Sequence record: MW879344.1
Reading direction: 5' to 3' (one strand)
DNA: 64,000 bases
The notes under the pieces were generated by a model that saw nothing but the letters and a program-made list of their open reading frames with translations, did no database searches and was not told the DNA's origin. Made by a program: the position numbers and the translations under genes. This document shows, piece after piece, positions 25,200-35,033 of the stretch; the stretch's first letter is position 1, and the number at the start of each line of letters is the position of its first letter.

Positions 25200-25252
25200 C
25201 TTTTAGAGCACTAAAAGATGTGCTAAAAATACAAGTTCAAGGGAGTGAACAC

Positions 25253-25732
25253 ATGAATAATCTTATTCAAAAAGACAGCGGGCCGATTGATGATGTGATC
25301 ACTCAAGACGCTTTTGAAGTACATGGACTAATGTTTAATATTAAAGATATTGTGCAATGTCTGTTTTTGTGCAGTGCAACTATGCATGAATTTTTTAATA
25401 ACCCGATGTGTAATTGTTTTGCTGTTACTATTAACAGTAATGATAAATGGGTTATGGCTACACCCATGACAATGAATACTGAATTCAATGAATGTGTAAT
25501 GCGTAACAACAAAGAAAAAACTCCACAATCTGAAGTAGAAAAACTACGTAACACGTATACTAAACCCGATGAGAAACACATACTTATGTTTTTATCGAAG
25601 GGATATGTTATGGATAATTTTACTGTACAAGAGAGTTATCATGATTTTCTCTTTACAGAAGGTGAACCACATGTTATGATTACTGCGGAAGACATTGAGA
25701 GTCTAACATTAAAAAATCCTTACTTGGAGTAA
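25253..25732 (+). CDS. Hypothetical (probably late) protein
   Basis: SD GGGAG before MNNLIQ. Confidence 0.75.
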   Translation: MNNLIQKDSGPIDDVITQDAFEVHGLMFNIKDIVQCLFLCSATMHEFFNNPMCNCFAVTINSNDKWVMATPMTMNTEFNECVMRNNKEKTPQSEVEKLRNTYTKPDEKHILMFLSKGYVMDNFTVQESYHDFLFTEGEPHVMITAEDIESLTLKNPYLE

Positions 25733-25735
25733 AAA

Positions 25736-25903
25736 ATGGCGAAGTCAAAGAAGAAAGTACAAGAAGCACCTGATGTTCAAAATTTTGTTGCTAAACATAT
25801 GAATACTTTCAACAAAGCAAAAACTTTTGTAGATCAAAAGAAAGAATTTAAAAATGGTAAAACCAAACACAAAGGACGTGGCTATGAAGGCACGTCCTTT
25901 TAG
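25736..25903 (+). CDS. Small basic protein (55 aa, not in ORF track)
   Basis: SD GGAG; NFVAKH.NTFNKA.TFVDQKK..K.KHK pattern typical of small T4-like proteins. Confidence 0.7.
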   Translation: MAKSKKKVQEAPDVQNFVAKHMNTFNKAKTFVDQKKEFKNGKTKHKGRGYEGTSF

Positions 25904-25921
25904 CATTTCAGGGGTATACTA

Positions 25922-26791
25922 ATGTTAGATTTTAAAAAGCATTCAGTACAAGAAATATTGGATTACGCACGTGAACAAAATCGTAATACTGATACAAGAA
26001 GTTTTGTACTTGGGTATGATAACGAATGTAATGTAATGTTATTATCAAAATGGCAAGATATTGGTGATTGTAGAGCTAAGGTTTATCCTAAAGGATTTTC
26101 TGTACAGCGTGAACAGAAATATATCTTCTATTATAGTAAGTATAATAATTTTACAACTTATAGTTTTGAAAATGTTTCTTTCAGTACTAAGTACAATAAG
26201 AAAACCAAGACTGAAGAAATTAAAACTAAGATGTACAAATTAAGTAACAAGACTGTTGATATACAAACTGACAGTCAAACTTATACAACTACGTATGAAG
26301 ATTTACGTATTAAAGAACGATTATTCAGAAATGGGTGTAGTACAATTGATGTAGATTTTCCTATAGTACTTTATCAGAACGGTGTTGTTAGTAGTAGGAC
26401 TTTTGGTGGTACTCACATATATGAAAAATATAATAGTAAAGGCGTTTGTACTTTATGTAACTTTAGCTTTTACTATAAGGGAAATCATGCAACTGTTCAA
26501 ATGTATTATGATAAAAAGAAAGGTGCAACATTTTGGATGAATTCTGGTACGGGTAAAACACATTTATATGTAAGAGATAATATAAGAATTCCAGAAATTA
26601 AAGAAGCAGGTATTGAGTACTTGTTTAATGATTTGAATATGTGGAATATAGATTTACTTATGTTCGGTGCAGAAAATTTTGAATGTATAGAGTTCGCCAA
26701 AAAACATCTTATTCAATTACTCGACAAACATAAAAACCGTTTTGGTACAGCATTGGAAAAAATAAGGATACAGAGTGAAAAGAAAGATTAA
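25922..26791 (+). CDS. Hypothetical protein
   Basis: 289-aa ORF, SD GGGG. Confidence 0.8.
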   Translation: MLDFKKHSVQEILDYAREQNRNTDTRSFVLGYDNECNVMLLSKWQDIGDCRAKVYPKGFSVQREQKYIFYYSKYNNFTTYSFENVSFSTKYNKKTKTEEIKTKMYKLSNKTVDIQTDSQTYTTTYEDLRIKERLFRNGCSTIDVDFPIVLYQNGVVSSRTFGGTHIYEKYNSKGVCTLCNFSFYYKGNHATVQMYYDKKKGATFWMNSGTGKTHLYVRDNIRIPEIKEAGIEYLFNDLNMWNIDLLMFGAENFECIEFAKKHLIQLLDKHKNRFGTALEKIRIQSEKKD

Positions 26792-27098
26792 ATTCAAAGA
26801 TGGTGCTCCAAAATACATATGGCTCGGCAATCGTGGATTTCCTAACAAACATGAAGTACTGACATGGCATGATGAATCGATAATCCGAGTTAGTGATGCT
26901 CCTAGTTATCGTGGTGCATTGGAGAGAATTTATACCTTTAGTAAGCTTACTAACAATGAAACGGAAACTGCAAAATACGAATTCGCATTATGTCATTACT
27001 TAGATGATGAAGATGAGGACACGTTTTATCTTTTATTACAACCATTCAGTGAGTGGCATAAAATGATTGATATGGACAATAAAGATGAAACAACATAA
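26775..27098 (+). CDS. Hypothetical protein
   Basis: GTG start, SD AAGGA. Confidence 0.65.
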   Translation: MKRKIKFKDGAPKYIWLGNRGFPNKHEVLTWHDESIIRVSDAPSYRGALERIYTFSKLTNNETETAKYEFALCHYLDDEDEDTFYLLLQPFSEWHKMIDMDNKDETT

Positions 27099-27142
27099 TT
27101 TTTTTTGGTATAATATACGCACCTAAACATGAGGTATAAACA

Positions 27143-27538
27143 ATGAACAAAACGCATTCAACATCACTAAAAGCTATTACTGGTGTAATACTAATTAACA
27201 AAGACGGTGAAGATCATTTGTACTGCATTGATGATATGCAGCATACAAAGCACTTTACTATTGGTCAAATTTTCAATGCAGTACGAGTACTGTATGGTAA
27301 AGAAGTACATGAGTACGGTAAATTATGGCCTCACTATAAAGTTGATGAGGTAGTTTCGAATGATTGGAAAGCAATTCAGTCAGCAATGGAAAGTTGCACA
27401 TCAGATTATGATTTCCTAGTTGAAGCATGTAAACAGCTTAACGAGGAAGTACCTGAGATTGTACCACGAGATAAAGTACAACAACGTTTAGAAATGTATA
27501 AAGAGACAGTAATTAAGATTGCATCTCAAGCACAATAA
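27143..27538 (+). CDS. Hypothetical protein
   Basis: SD GAGG. Confidence 0.75.
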   Translation: MNKTHSTSLKAITGVILINKDGEDHLYCIDDMQHTKHFTIGQIFNAVRVLYGKEVHEYGKLWPHYKVDEVVSNDWKAIQSAMESCTSDYDFLVEACKQLNEEVPEIVPRDKVQQRLEMYKETVIKIASQAQ

Positions 27539-27559
27539 TTTATTATAAAGGAATATAAT

Positions 27560-27910
27560 ATGTCAAATGGAAGCGACAACAAATTCAATATGTTCGATGG
27601 TCTAGATGTAGAAAAAACTCGTAAAGTTCTTCACGATGAAGACCATGAAACAAGTACTGATGAAGTATCTGAAGTACCTGATGAAATTGTAAGTATTACA
27701 ATGAAGACAGATACTCGTAAGAAATATGCAGCAGCAGTTGTTGCACGTTCGCAGGAAGAATATGACACATATGTTATTGGTCATTATTTCGAAACACTAA
27801 TTCATCCAGAAACTAAGCAAGAGTACCAAGTTAAAGTTACTGTACTTAAACCTGAAGTTAATCCAATGGAATTAATGCGTCCTGCATACGCTTACAGTAC
27901 TAATCACTAA
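27560..27910 (+). CDS. Hypothetical acidic protein
   Basis: SD AAGGA; terminator follows. Confidence 0.75.
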   Translation: MSNGSDNKFNMFDGLDVEKTRKVLHDEDHETSTDEVSEVPDEIVSITMKTDTRKKYAAAVVARSQEEYDTYVIGHYFETLIHPETKQEYQVKVTVLKPEVNPMELMRPAYAYSTNH

Positions 27911-27954
27911 TAATAAAAAGGGGCTATATGCCCCTTTTCGCATAGGAAAAATAA

Positions 27955-28290
27955 ATGAGTACAGGTCAAATTGTTACGTTAGCTTATATGCTGGTAGGTA
28001 TTGTAGTAAGTTTATACATTGTATTATCGTATATTCGTGGTGTATTTGAGTACATAAAACAGTTATATACGGCTAGGTATGTAAAACCAAGGGAAATTAA
28101 AATACAATTCGGCAATAGTTTACATAGTACAAATTATGAACATTGGACAATTGTAATAGGAATTTCATTTCTACTAACTATTATGCATATTTTTTGTGCA
28201 TTATTTATATGGCCTGTATTCTCTGTGTGGTTGATTAGTTATACGATACGTGTGGCACGAGAAAAGAACTTTGGTTCTGGAGATTATTAA
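27955..28290 (+). CDS. Hypothetical membrane protein
   Basis: SD AGGA; two TM segments. Confidence 0.7.
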   Translation: MSTGQIVTLAYMLVGIVVSLYIVLSYIRGVFEYIKQLYTARYVKPREIKIQFGNSLHSTNYEHWTIVIGISFLLTIMHIFCALFIWPVFSVWLISYTIRVAREKNFGSGDY

Positions 28291-29063
28291 TGTTATCAAT
28301 TAAAGATTTAATAACATGTCAACGTACTTGGGATGATAAAATAAGAACAATCGCAAACATGATTGATCCTAAGTTACTATCCATTTTATCATATGAAGAC
28401 ATATTCAATGACAAGTACAAGGATGATACTCTACAAGAAAAATATACAGAAATAGTTTATCCATTAATTGTAGAGTATAAAAAAGAATTTAAAGAATTAA
28501 GAGACAAATATCTATTGGATTATATTAATGATATGGGTAATGTACTTGATTCATTGGGCTATTATGTCGATTCAGGTGAAGAAGCAGGTAATGTACTTGA
28601 TTCAATTACTAATGATTTCATTCCATGTGTTGAAATTGAACATGTATGGAATTATGTATACAATGAACTTCAGATAGATATTCATCGACCGTTTTGGGTA
28701 AGAAGTGGATACAGTTTAGTTGGTAATAATGAATATGTATCAGTAGAGAGTAATAGTTCTCCATCAAAATTTATTGAATACAATAGAAATAAATTTAATA
28801 GAAGTTATGGTGAAAAGCGAATAGATATATTTAAAAGATCGGTACGTCAGGCTGATGAACTATTTGATTATGATATTCATATTCAACCTCTTTCTAAATT
28901 CGAAGATGATAAATTACCTAACAATTATAATGATGCAGTACGTAGGCATTTAATTTTACGTCATGCATTAGAAAATCAAAATTTAATAGAAGACAATGCA
29001 CATTACATATCAAAGATTACAGAAGAAGGTGAAGTGCAGTTCTTGGTAACGGGATATTTTTAA
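28290..29063 (+). CDS. Hypothetical protein
   Basis: TAATG coupling, 257 aa. Confidence 0.8.
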   Translation: MLSIKDLITCQRTWDDKIRTIANMIDPKLLSILSYEDIFNDKYKDDTLQEKYTEIVYPLIVEYKKEFKELRDKYLLDYINDMGNVLDSLGYYVDSGEEAGNVLDSITNDFIPCVEIEHVWNYVYNELQIDIHRPFWVRSGYSLVGNNEYVSVESNSSPSKFIEYNRNKFNRSYGEKRIDIFKRSVRQADELFDYDIHIQPLSKFEDDKLPNNYNDAVRRHLILRHALENQNLIEDNAHYISKITEEGEVQFLVTGYF

Positions 29064-29848
29064 TGTTTTTAAAATTCTTTTTAACACTCAATAATTCAAC
29101 AGGTAGATTGGTTGGTGGAAATTCAGGAAAAAATAAATTACTAGTTAGTACTCATAACGATCACAAAAAGGAACGGCATGAGACTATAACATTTAACAAT
29201 GTACTAGATTCATTCATGCGTTCCATTGATAATCCTACTCGTTTCGACTTCGGTCTTAATCAGACTAGAGAAATATTAATCAACATTTCTGATGAAGCAA
29301 TGTTCCAATTAGAAACATTATCTGTACCAGAAAATTGTTATTGTACCTATAATTTAAATACTAAGTTAATTGGATTTGGTAACAATATGGCTGAAGCAGA
29401 AGAAGCGACACAGGAAGATAATTTTGGATGGGGATACAAATCTAAAAGTTCTAATAATGATTTATTCTTTAATTATTTTGTTGAGATGCCAACAGTACTA
29501 CCTTATAAATTTACTGTACCTGATGTATTTTATGAGCAAGTACTTCAAGAACTGAAACCATATATTGTTAATGAAAAACTTCATATATTCAAAGGATTCA
29601 GTGATTTTGTACTAAAGAGCAGTAAAGAAATAACTGAGTATTTTGATAATTATTATACTGAAGTTTATGATGAATCTAAGATACGTTCATTATCACCATT
29701 TAAGAAGTCCGAGATGCGTAAAGTGATTGAATGGTTCATGGAGGATGATATTGACATTGTAGCCAATAAAGAATCCTTAGCTATTGAGTATGGTACTATA
29801 GGTATTTTGTGTAGAAAAATAATGAATGTTTCTGGTGAAACGTTCTAA
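29063..29848 (+). CDS. Hypothetical protein
   Basis: TAATG coupling, 261 aa. Confidence 0.8.
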   Translation: MFLKFFLTLNNSTGRLVGGNSGKNKLLVSTHNDHKKERHETITFNNVLDSFMRSIDNPTRFDFGLNQTREILINISDEAMFQLETLSVPENCYCTYNLNTKLIGFGNNMAEAEEATQEDNFGWGYKSKSSNNDLFFNYFVEMPTVLPYKFTVPDVFYEQVLQELKPYIVNEKLHIFKGFSDFVLKSSKEITEYFDNYYTEVYDESKIRSLSPFKKSEMRKVIEWFMEDDIDIVANKESLAIEYGTIGILCRKIMNVSGETF

Positions 29849-29869
29849 AAAAATGTGTTATAATATATA

Positions 29870-30309
29870 GGACAGCAAGATAGCTGTCCTTTTTTAATTG
29901 AGAAAAACTCTGAATGGCCTTGTTAAACAAGGAAGTTTTAACCCTGATCCTATCGAAAAGTAGATGGCAGATGAGTAGATCATTCAGTACGAACAGCAAA
30001 AGAAACCCGTTAGAAGTACGTGCAGTCAATCAAATGCGACATAAGACACTGAGATCACGGCGATGCGGCTGTATAAAGCATGACAGTACTACATAAGTTC
30101 ATGCCTAGATAGACATATAGGATCGCACCTACCTAATGTATAAGGGAGTCAAAAATGCGATTGATTTATTACAATATAGATCCGTCCAGAATTTGACAAG
30201 TACTGAAGCTGTTCATGTAGCTTTTGTACTAAGTGTAGTAAGACTACGACCGTTGTATAGAACCGCGATAGGGAGAAACCGGACAACCCGCTTCCGCTCA
30301 ATTAAGAAA
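29870..30309 (+). ncRNA. Candidate large structured ncRNA (~420-440 nt)
   Basis: Extended -10 TGnTATAAT(29856-64); 13-bp closing stem TTTTTTAATTGAG(29890-902)/CTCAATTAAGAAA(30297-309) with a G-U pair; many internal stems; ~700-bp gap without a credible ORF. Confidence 0.55.
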
Positions 30310-30545
30310 TTCGTGACATGAAATTGCTATGACTATCATCGTCAGTTTTATTCTTCCCTCCCGATGGGGGGATGAAAATGCATCAACAAATCTCGTCAGT
30401 ACTATTAAGTAAGTAACTATAGAATGTAAATTCAGAATGAACGTAGTGCTAACGAAGTTCAGAATGAATTTACTGGAACATCACAAGATGTTCCTTGTAT
30501 AATGAGAATCAGCAAAGTACTGATTCTATGTAAAGTGAGATGTAA

Positions 30546-31073
30546 ATGAAAGTTGTATACAAATGCAAAAATACGGACACAGTACTTGATTCCGTAGATA
30601 TGAGTACGTTTAATGGTTATATTATTCAAGTGGAGAAAGGAAACAAAATCAGCAATATTACAGAAGTTTATAAGAATGTAGTACTTGCTAAGATTAGTTT
30701 ACGACCCTCCAAAACACCACTCATACACAAAGTTGAATACAATGGTCATATAGAATACCGTTACAATAACAACAATGTTAGTAGTGTTTATTATGAATTT
30801 AATGATAAAAAATATGGAGAGTACTTAAAATTTGATTTGAATGGAATACTTTTGGATAGGATTTTCTATTACGAAGGAAAGGATGTAACTTCAGATATAA
30901 TTCAATTTCTTGGTTACACTGATGATTTATCTTCATTTAAGAATTATGAATTTAAAGAAGATGAACTGTTTAACATCATGATGAAGTACGGTTTTTATTT
31001 TAGATTTCGCAATGAATCGGAACGGGATAGTTCTGAATTTGACCGTATCACAGAGTACTGTCAACACATATAA
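30546..31073 (+). CDS. Hypothetical protein with MORN-like segment
   Basis: YEFNDKKYGEYLKFDLNGILL..FYYEG; C-terminal EDELFNIMMKYG. Confidence 0.75.
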   Translation: MKVVYKCKNTDTVLDSVDMSTFNGYIIQVEKGNKISNITEVYKNVVLAKISLRPSKTPLIHKVEYNGHIEYRYNNNNVSSVYYEFNDKKYGEYLKFDLNGILLDRIFYYEGKDVTSDIIQFLGYTDDLSSFKNYEFKEDELFNIMMKYGFYFRFRNESERDSSEFDRITEYCQHI

Positions 31074-31081
31074 GGAAATAT

Positions 31082-31621
31082 ATGGAAGATAATGAAAAAC
31101 AACAATCAGTACATTTTAGTTCTGCATCTAATACATGGGATACTCCTGATGAATTTTATCAGAAACTAAATGCTGTTTGGAATTTCACATTAGATCCTGC
31201 TGCAATGGCAGAAACAGCTAAATGTGAAAAGTACTATACACCTGAAACTGATGGATTAGCTCACTCATGGAGTGGTGAAACTGTTTGGTGTAATCCCCCT
31301 TATGGTCGTGAAATAAAGAAATGGTTTAAAAAGTTCGATGAAGAATTCAAAGAAAATGGAACTACTATTATTGCATTACCACCAGCAAGAACAGATACTT
31401 TGTACTTTCACAAGTACGTACAAGAATCAGCAACAGCAATATGCTTTGTAAAAGGCCGATTAAAATTTGATAATAGAAATCTTCCTTCATGGACAGAAGA
31501 CGGTTCTCATAAAAAATCTGGTGCACCTTTTCCTAGTATGCTTGTTATATATGATAATGATTTAACAGACGATAAAATTAAAGTACTACAAGAATTAGGT
31601 TTCGTAGTGCGGCCTTGGTAA
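31082..31621 (+). CDS. Phage DNA N6-adenine methyltransferase (phage Dam-like family); specificity unknown
   Basis: WDTPDEFY..FTLDPAA; VWCNPPYG catalytic motif; PARTDT; GRLKF; APFPSM. Confidence 0.9.
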   Translation: MEDNEKQQSVHFSSASNTWDTPDEFYQKLNAVWNFTLDPAAMAETAKCEKYYTPETDGLAHSWSGETVWCNPPYGREIKKWFKKFDEEFKENGTTIIALPPARTDTLYFHKYVQESATAICFVKGRLKFDNRNLPSWTEDGSHKKSGAPFPSMLVIYDNDLTDDKIKVLQELGFVVRPW

Positions 31622-31627
31622 TTACTT

Positions 31628-32179
31628 ATGAATAAAACTTGTATAATGATGTATGGGAGAATGAATCCAGTACATTTAGGTCATGGCTTATTATTTGATG
31701 TATGTTTAAGTACCATGAATCAAATACCAAATTCTGAAATACGAATTTACATGAGCACTACTGTAGATAGTATAAGTAATCCTATTCCTCATTGTTTTAA
31801 AATGAATATGGTTCAAGATTACTTTCCAAGTATTTTTCCTTATATGCAACAGGCACAAGAAGGAACATTATTTGGTACATTAGAAAAGATAGATACTGAG
31901 TTTGATAATTTAGTACTAGTATGTGGTGAAGATAGATATGAACATTTTAATAATGTACTTCACAAATATAATGGTACTTTATATGAATTTGATGAATTAT
32001 CTGTTCGCACTTATGGTGGTCCTCGTGAGTATAATAAGTACAGTGCTACAAATTTGAGACAGGCTATACGAGATAATAATTACAAGGAATTTTGTACCTT
32101 CTTGCCTAATAGGGGTGAAGCTATGAATGAGAAGTACTACGAAATTATTTCTCATTTTATGGGAGTAAACAACTATTGA
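31628..32179 (+). CDS. HIGH-superfamily nucleotidyltransferase (cytidylyltransferase-like)
   Basis: GRMNPVHLGH, CGEDR, SATNLRQAI. Confidence 0.85.
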   Translation: MNKTCIMMYGRMNPVHLGHGLLFDVCLSTMNQIPNSEIRIYMSTTVDSISNPIPHCFKMNMVQDYFPSIFPYMQQAQEGTLFGTLEKIDTEFDNLVLVCGEDRYEHFNNVLHKYNGTLYEFDELSVRTYGGPREYNKYSATNLRQAIRDNNYKEFCTFLPNRGEAMNEKYYEIISHFMGVNNY

Positions 32180-32460
32180 TGCTTTATAAATTGAATCAAA
32201 TGTTTTGGGATGAGAATGAAAGTACTGGTTATAGGCATGTTAGTGTTGAATATAATGGTCGTGTACTAATGGCTGTAACCGCCCACAACGTGTCAAAGGT
32301 GTGGTCATCTAGGATTATTCCAATGGGATTTTCATTTGAACTGGATGAGGTAGAAGCGTTTTCAGGACTATTTGAAGTACTTCCTTCGTTGATGAAATTC
32401 ATGTGTACTGAATCATTAAGTTCAGAAGAAATGCAGAATTTTCTCTTGACAATCCAGTAA
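32179..32460 (+). CDS. Hypothetical protein
   Basis: TGATG coupling. Confidence 0.65.
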   Translation: MLYKLNQMFWDENESTGYRHVSVEYNGRVLMAVTAHNVSKVWSSRIIPMGFSFELDEVEAFSGLFEVLPSLMKFMCTESLSSEEMQNFLLTIQ

Positions 32461-32506
32461 AAGTATTATACAATCTATGAACAACAAAAATTAAGAAGGT
32501 AAATGA

Positions 32507-33088
32507 ATGAGCAGTTTAATGACCAAAACTTTTGCTAAGTACTTGCGTTTAGGAATCACACCTAGACCAGTTCGTGGTAATTGGAAAGATGGCGATTACA
32601 TGTATAGCATCTATCATGGTGATGTTCAGTACGCCATTGATGATACTGGAGACTATGAGATTGACCACGATGTTGATTATATCTTAGATTGTTTACAATC
32701 TAGAGCAACAATTATTGATCGTAATCACAAATTGATTAGTGAAATCTATGAGCATCTAATGGGTGTACTAGACACTGATATTTGGGTACGAGTTGGTGTA
32801 GGTATGCAGCTTAATGTTGTTTTTGGTTCAGTGGATGGAGAAATTGCTACGTTCATGATGGACTTTGAAGATATGGAAGCATTCAATAAGTTAGTTGAAG
32901 AAATCAAAGCTCAAATCTTGGAAGAAACAAATAAAGAACCGATAGTTGAACAATCAGACTATTTTACTTTAATCTTACATAACCGTGCGGATATTAAATT
33001 GTTCAAAGGTTACTATAACCCAAAAGTTCGTATCCATTTTATGGATGAGTTCGAAGATGATGACGGAGATGATGATGAAGAAGACTGA
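32507..33088 (+). CDS. Hypothetical acidic protein
   Basis: SD AAGG; own promoter TTGACA/TATACA. Confidence 0.75.
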   Translation: MSSLMTKTFAKYLRLGITPRPVRGNWKDGDYMYSIYHGDVQYAIDDTGDYEIDHDVDYILDCLQSRATIIDRNHKLISEIYEHLMGVLDTDIWVRVGVGMQLNVVFGSVDGEIATFMMDFEDMEAFNKLVEEIKAQILEETNKEPIVEQSDYFTLILHNRADIKLFKGYYNPKVRIHFMDEFEDDDGDDDEED

Positions 33089-33773
33089 TTACACAAAATT
33101 ACGTACTAAGATCCTTGGAATTATTGAGGGTCTAACGATGTTTGATAGCAAGTACTTTAACGTTCGCCGTGCCTTAGTGTATGCAGAACATGTACATTGC
33201 AATCAACGCCGAGATGGTACTCCTGAATTTTCACATCAACTTGAAATGCTTTCTCTAGCATTGAGTTTGCATAACTCTCTATTGAAACCATATGAAGTTT
33301 ATATGGCTATTATCATTCATGATACAATTGAGGATTATCCGCATACTCAACCAGAACTGGCTCAGATGTTTCCTGATGTAGTTAATTATAGTCGAATCTT
33401 ATCTAAATTTAATGATTCAGATTTAAGTACGTACTATAATTATTTTGCACAAATTGCAGCATGTGAAGTGTGTTCTGTTGTAAAATTGATTGACCGTATT
33501 CATAATCTTAGTACTGCACCTGGTGTATTCAGCACTGCAAAGATTGGAGAGTACTGTGACGAAGTAGATATGTATTTCCTTAGTATGATGCATATTGCAA
33601 AAAGTAATTTCAATCAACGAGAAGTATATGAAGTACTTAAATTTATTCTTCAAAATGAAGTCCGTACTATTCGTGCATTTTTACGTTTAGCGGAAGCAAA
33701 GGAAGAAGAAGAACGTAAGACAATCAGTGCATCTGAATTAGTCCAACGTCTAAAAAGGAATGAACGAAAATGA
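33075..33773 (+). CDS. RelA/SpoT-type HD hydrolase (small alarmone hydrolase, Mesh1-like)
   Basis: A..YAEHVH.NQRRDGTP.FSH; IIHDTIED; VKLIDRIHNL. Confidence 0.85.
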   Translation: MKKTDYTKLRTKILGIIEGLTMFDSKYFNVRRALVYAEHVHCNQRRDGTPEFSHQLEMLSLALSLHNSLLKPYEVYMAIIIHDTIEDYPHTQPELAQMFPDVVNYSRILSKFNDSDLSTYYNYFAQIAACEVCSVVKLIDRIHNLSTAPGVFSTAKIGEYCDEVDMYFLSMMHIAKSNFNQREVYEVLKFILQNEVRTIRAFLRLAEAKEEEERKTISASELVQRLKRNERK

Positions 33774-34825
33774 GTTTTGAAAAACAACGTAATATTATTA
33801 CACGTACACTAGGCGAAGATAATATTCGCCTTTTAACTACAACTAAAGCTATTTTAGCAGGTGGTGCAATAACTTCGATCTTTAGTGGAAAAGACATTAA
33901 TGATTTTGACATTTACTTTCGCAGAATAGAAGATTTAATTACATTTATTCGTAATGCTTATTGTGATGAAGACAATCTATCTGATGAAGAATTTGTAGAT
34001 TTAGCACCATTTTCATTAATCTGTACAAGCTATACTAATCGTAGTATTACTTTTAATGTTGATGAATTAAAGATTCAATTAATTCATTTTGATTATTTTG
34101 ATTCTATTCAGAAAATTTTTGATAGTTATGATTTCCATCATAATATGGGAGCATATGATTTCAGTACTTCAGAGTTTGTTCTGGATGAGCATTTCTTAAC
34201 AGATATTGCAGAACGTAGACTTACTTTTAATGCAGGTACTAAGTACCCAATTATGAGTACTTTGCGTGTTTCCAAATATGTTGATCGTGGATATAAGATT
34301 TCTAAGAAGGAAATGTTCAAGATTGCACTAGCAGTTGCTAAACTAAACATTGAATCATGGGAAGAATTAGAAGATCAGCTAAGTGGTTTTTATGGAATTG
34401 ATGTTCGTAAAATGTTTGATAAGACGCAAGAATTTAGTATTGATACTGCTATTGAAATGTTAGATTTAGTTGAAGAATTACCAGAGCAAAGTACTGATAT
34501 TCATCCTACATTGAAAGATCTTCTATTTAATATTGAAGGTTCTCCGATTAAAGACCAACGTATCTTTTTCAAACAAGTACAAGATAACGGGATAAATTTT
34601 GTGTCTTTACATAGTGGGACTGAAACATTTGGTACAGATCAAATAACCGCATGTGATGGTATGGCAGTATATTGTACTTTTGAAGAAGCGAACAGTACAT
34701 ATTTCTTCAGAAAAAATTTCCATATTGCTATTTTGCAATTAGTGGAAGGTGAAGTTGAAATGAAGGGTGATAGTCTAGTACTTACTGGTGCAGTAAAACT
34801 TTTGGGAACAAAGGAGCCAACTTAA
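33770..34825 (+). CDS. Nucleotidyltransferase, CCA-adding/poly(A) polymerase head-like
   Basis: LAGGAITSIFSGKDINDFDIYF (GG..DxD); YDFHHNMGAYD; ATGA overlap with the HD gene. Confidence 0.7.
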   Translation: MSFEKQRNIITRTLGEDNIRLLTTTKAILAGGAITSIFSGKDINDFDIYFRRIEDLITFIRNAYCDEDNLSDEEFVDLAPFSLICTSYTNRSITFNVDELKIQLIHFDYFDSIQKIFDSYDFHHNMGAYDFSTSEFVLDEHFLTDIAERRLTFNAGTKYPIMSTLRVSKYVDRGYKISKKEMFKIALAVAKLNIESWEELEDQLSGFYGIDVRKMFDKTQEFSIDTAIEMLDLVEELPEQSTDIHPTLKDLLFNIEGSPIKDQRIFFKQVQDNGINFVSLHSGTETFGTDQITACDGMAVYCTFEEANSTYFFRKNFHIAILQLVEGEVEMKGDSLVLTGAVKLLGTKEPT

Positions 34826-34992
34826 TGTGGTACTTAGAAGTTTGTCAAGATAATTCAGAAACATCGTATGAAACAGTGTTTACTGGATTATATAATACAA
34901 AGAAAGAAGCAGAGGATGAAGGAGCTACTTGGTTTAGGGGTTTAAAGATTATTAAATTCGTACCAATTAGGTCTGAAACCAAAACAGTTTAA
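34825..34992 (+). CDS. Small hypothetical protein (55 aa, not in ORF track)
   Basis: TAATG coupling, SD AGGAG. Confidence 0.55.
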   Translation: MWYLEVCQDNSETSYETVFTGLYNTKKEAEDEGATWFRGLKIIKFVPIRSETKTV

Positions 34993-35033
34993 GGGAGTAA
35001 TGTAGCAAGTTTATTCACAAGGAGTGTGGAGCG

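Noticed and set aside
29890-30309. RNase P RNA, tmRNA or group I/II intron identity for the structured region
   Set aside because: ACAACCCGCTT and AAGGAAGT only loosely recall RNase P motifs and cannot form P4. There are no tRNA-like ends or T-arm, no P7 GACUA/UAGUC pair and no domain V.
29796-30321. ORFs 29796-30029, 29914-30096 and 30136-30321
   Set aside because: No SD, atypical composition, and they coincide with extensive base-pairing better explained as RNA structure.
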